From positions 186,001-250,000 of the forward strand of contig JALMLS010000480.1 in the NCBI GenBank assembly GCA_038496445.1: a stretch of DNA of 64,000 bases, given 5' to 3'. The position numbers and the translations under genes are program-made. Source of the DNA: Trichosphaerium sp. ATCC 40318. Taxonomy: Eukaryota > Protista > Tubulinea. The stretch's first letter is position 1. Each line of letters starts with the position of its first letter. The notes below the pieces were generated by a model, which did no database searches, was not told the origin of the DNA, and saw nothing but the letters and a program-made list of their open reading frames with translations. Positions 61,335-64,000 of this stretch are shown here, in pieces.

Positions 61335-63843
61335 TTAGCTCAATTCTTTGTCCTCTAGGAATTGATAATGAAACGTAAAATCCTATGCAAATGTGAGATG
61401 TCGAATTGCAACGTGACAAGTCACTAAAATAGTCTCGCACCGTTTTCTTTCGTTGACACCAACCTGTCTCGTAGTCGAAGTACACGTACGTTCCTTGCTC
61501 GTAACTTAAACGGTGTCAGTTTGCTAAAAACAACACGAAAAATGATGTTCCTTAAAAATAGGCATAATGTGCACGTACTCTGGTGTGATTTTCTTAGGTT
61601 CCTCATGGCGTTGAAACCACGTCAAGTACTTTTTGTGATACCGCCAAGATTGTAACTTTAGCTGTTTCGCCGCGAGATACTGCTGGTAAGTACCTTGCTG
61701 GTAGTAGAAAATAAAAAATAGCAAATCGGTATCAAACTTTGCGAAGACGTTAGGGTTCTCAAACGCTGGTGAAGGAACCTTTGGGTAGTATGGTGGCGTA
61801 GAAAAAGGGTTCTTTGGCTTATATTGCTGTTTTGGCCTAGAGCGCGTAAATCAGCAAAAAACTCCGTTGGAAAGTTTATTTTGAGCGTAAGCACTAACGC
61901 GTAGCATAAAAACTGGATGAATTTCTAGTTCGCCCAAGTTTGTAAAAGGGCACTGAGTTTTTCCGGAATTAACATGTACGTACCTTTCTATTGACTCTGG
62001 CAAGTTGTTGAGGCTAGTGTCGAGTAATGTCAATGGAGATATTGCCTTTCCGCGACCGACAGGCTCTCCAATAGGATTCTGTTGCATTCTGGATTGACCA
62101 ATTGGTTGTGAGCCTATTGCAGACTGACTACCAAGTGCATTGAAGTTATTGGTTGCTGGCACGTCATTAGTTTTTTTTTTGGCGCTCTACAAGTTCTTTT
62201 ACATACTCTTTTGTGCGTCGTTGGAAGAAGGAGTGTTTAGGTTACTACTCCTTGTGCTTTTATCTCCAAGATGTGTTGCAATGAGTTTATTCAAAATCTC
62301 TTGTTCTTCATCCCTTGGTGGTTCAGGAGCCTAAGTGACGTTAGTATTACAAAGAGGGTTCGCGATAAAATTTGTAGACGAGAACAACTCAATCCGCATC
62401 TAGTTTACCTTTTGTTCAGGTTGTTTTTTAGGTTCTTCCGTAGGCGTTTTAGTCGTTGTTGTCTGTGTTTTAGTATTACTCGTTTTTGGTTCTGATGATA
62501 CTTCTGGTTTTGCTATAATGCTACTAGTAGCCTCATGTATCAATGGTTTATCAATACGCTCTAGTATTTCTGCCTTTGGTGATCCGTCTTCTTCAAGAAT
62601 GTCATCGTAAAGGCCCTCAACTGAAATAAAAATAAGTATTAAGTACCCTAAACATGATATTGTTGTAGAGTGTTGCTCTACAAAAAATATCCGTTAATCT
62701 CACCTTCAACGAAATCAGGTTCCTGATTAAATTCCACATAGTACTCAAGAGAGTCTTTAATATCCTCTACTTCTTCTTCGGTTATTTTTTTCGCTATCCA
62801 AAGTTTTAACCATTCTCCAAGGCGCTTAATGTGAAAAGCATGTCTATCTCTTGTGTTTTGTAAGAACTCTAAGTAATCCTGTTGAGGCCTTTTTAAACTC
62901 TTTTTACTTTCAAGAGACTCAATCTTTTCTTCCATCTCTTCAGTCTGTAATAACTTAGTAAGTAAACCTGTAACAACAACGAGCGAGAACAGAGAAAAAC
63001 ATTTTTTTCCTTTGGTTTTAAGTCGAGCTACGCGAAACTCTCTAACACAGAGCTACGTTGATATGACATTACACTCGGAGATATCTTTGGTACAAATGAT
63101 GGTTGATAAGCGAGTAAAGAACCTTTTCTTCCAACAACAAAAAAAAGATTAAAAAGTTTTTCTATTCAACGCACTTGGTCATTGAGTTGCTTGAGTTGAT
63201 CTTCAATCCACAGCCTAGTCTCGGATTTTTCAACATCTTCTTGTTGTTTGGCTGCTTCCTCACGCTGAGCTGCTAGTCCTTCTTTTGAGAACGCTTTAGT
63301 ATTAGATTCCTTCTCATACGCGCGGTATTTTTCCATTTGCTTCAAGTGTATGTGAGATTTGTGACATTTCGTTTGTATCCAAAATAATTATTTTGCGAAA
63401 GAAAGGATTGAATCAAGTTGCTGCGGTTGCGTGGTATGTTTTTAAAGCGTATTGAGAAGTTTTTATATGTTAATTATTTTATGTTGGTTTAAAAGAATTA
63501 TTGTATCTTGCTGAGCGTTTATAACGGTTCTAGCGTACCCTCTCGATGAGTTTTTTTGCTTCTTGAAGTGGTGTTTTATTTCTTACGTCACCAGAAGAAA
63601 TCCAGAGCTTTAATTGATCTCTCATGCGTTGTAGCTTCTTAATATCTCTTTTCAAATTGCTTTCTTGTTTCACGCGTGTATTCGCTGATACACCATCTCG
63701 GAGCTTTGAAAGCAACTCTTCAAACGCTGAAACGCCTTCATGGACTCTTTTCAGAGTTCTGTCTATTTCTACTACACAATGCCACGTTAACGCTATTTAT
63801 TGCCTGTTTATAACGTACACTGCAGTTTAAACCGTGTTGCCAT
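61335..63843 (-). CDS. CNOT3: CCR4-NOT complex subunit NOT3/NOT5
   Basis: KLQLEIDRTLKRVHEG, LKRDIKKLQRMRDQLKLW, KAFSKEGL; NOT box FYYQQGTYQQYLAAKQLKLQSWRYHKKYLTWFQRHEEP...EQGTYVYFDYE. Confidence 0.96.
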
Positions 63844-64000
63844 GGATGAAGCTAATTAACAACTCCTAATCACTTATTTCGTTGTATGTACGCGCCAAGA
63901 AGACAGATTTACGTTAAACAAGAATTAAGAAGTCAGCTGACCGTTGCTAAAAAAACTTCGTGCATTCTTTTCTCTCAAGTGCCCAAGAAAACAGCTTGCT

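Noticed and set aside
1-64000. tRNA, rRNA, snRNA genes or autonomous transposons
   Set aside because: None recognisable by eye; a covariance-model search would be needed to exclude small RNAs.

Overview
AT-rich (roughly 35% GC by eye), intron-dense eukaryotic DNA, probably a free-living protist; an amoebozoan is my inference from the actophorin-type cofilin, Rac expansion and giant-virus-like repeat genes. Manual splicing recovers about 25 genes, most only fragmentary in the ORF track. Core genes: DNA ligase I, CNOT3/NOT3, cofilin, glutaredoxin. The accessory genes have unusual architectures: an F-box protein ending in a Vint-type Hint autoprocessing domain (top candidate system), five more F-box-like proteins (2 MORN, 2 LRR, 1 NHL), a Rac-FYVE-like fusion head-to-head with a myristoylated CRIB-only microprotein, a pseudo-Rho fused to a receiver-like domain, a catalytically degenerate ADP-ribosylglycohydrolase 93 bp from LIG1, a PA-7TM protein and a GGCT-cytochrome b5-like fusion. 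Structural oddities: a filamin-repeat gene whose middle exon lies on the opposite strand, a 3.5-kb palindromic gene duplication, and tandem arrestin paralogues differing by one intron. Window-wide signals: at least 7 GC-AG introns, a GTACGT-dominated donor consensus and strong over-representation of CACGTG. All domain calls come from motif recognition by eye, not database searches.
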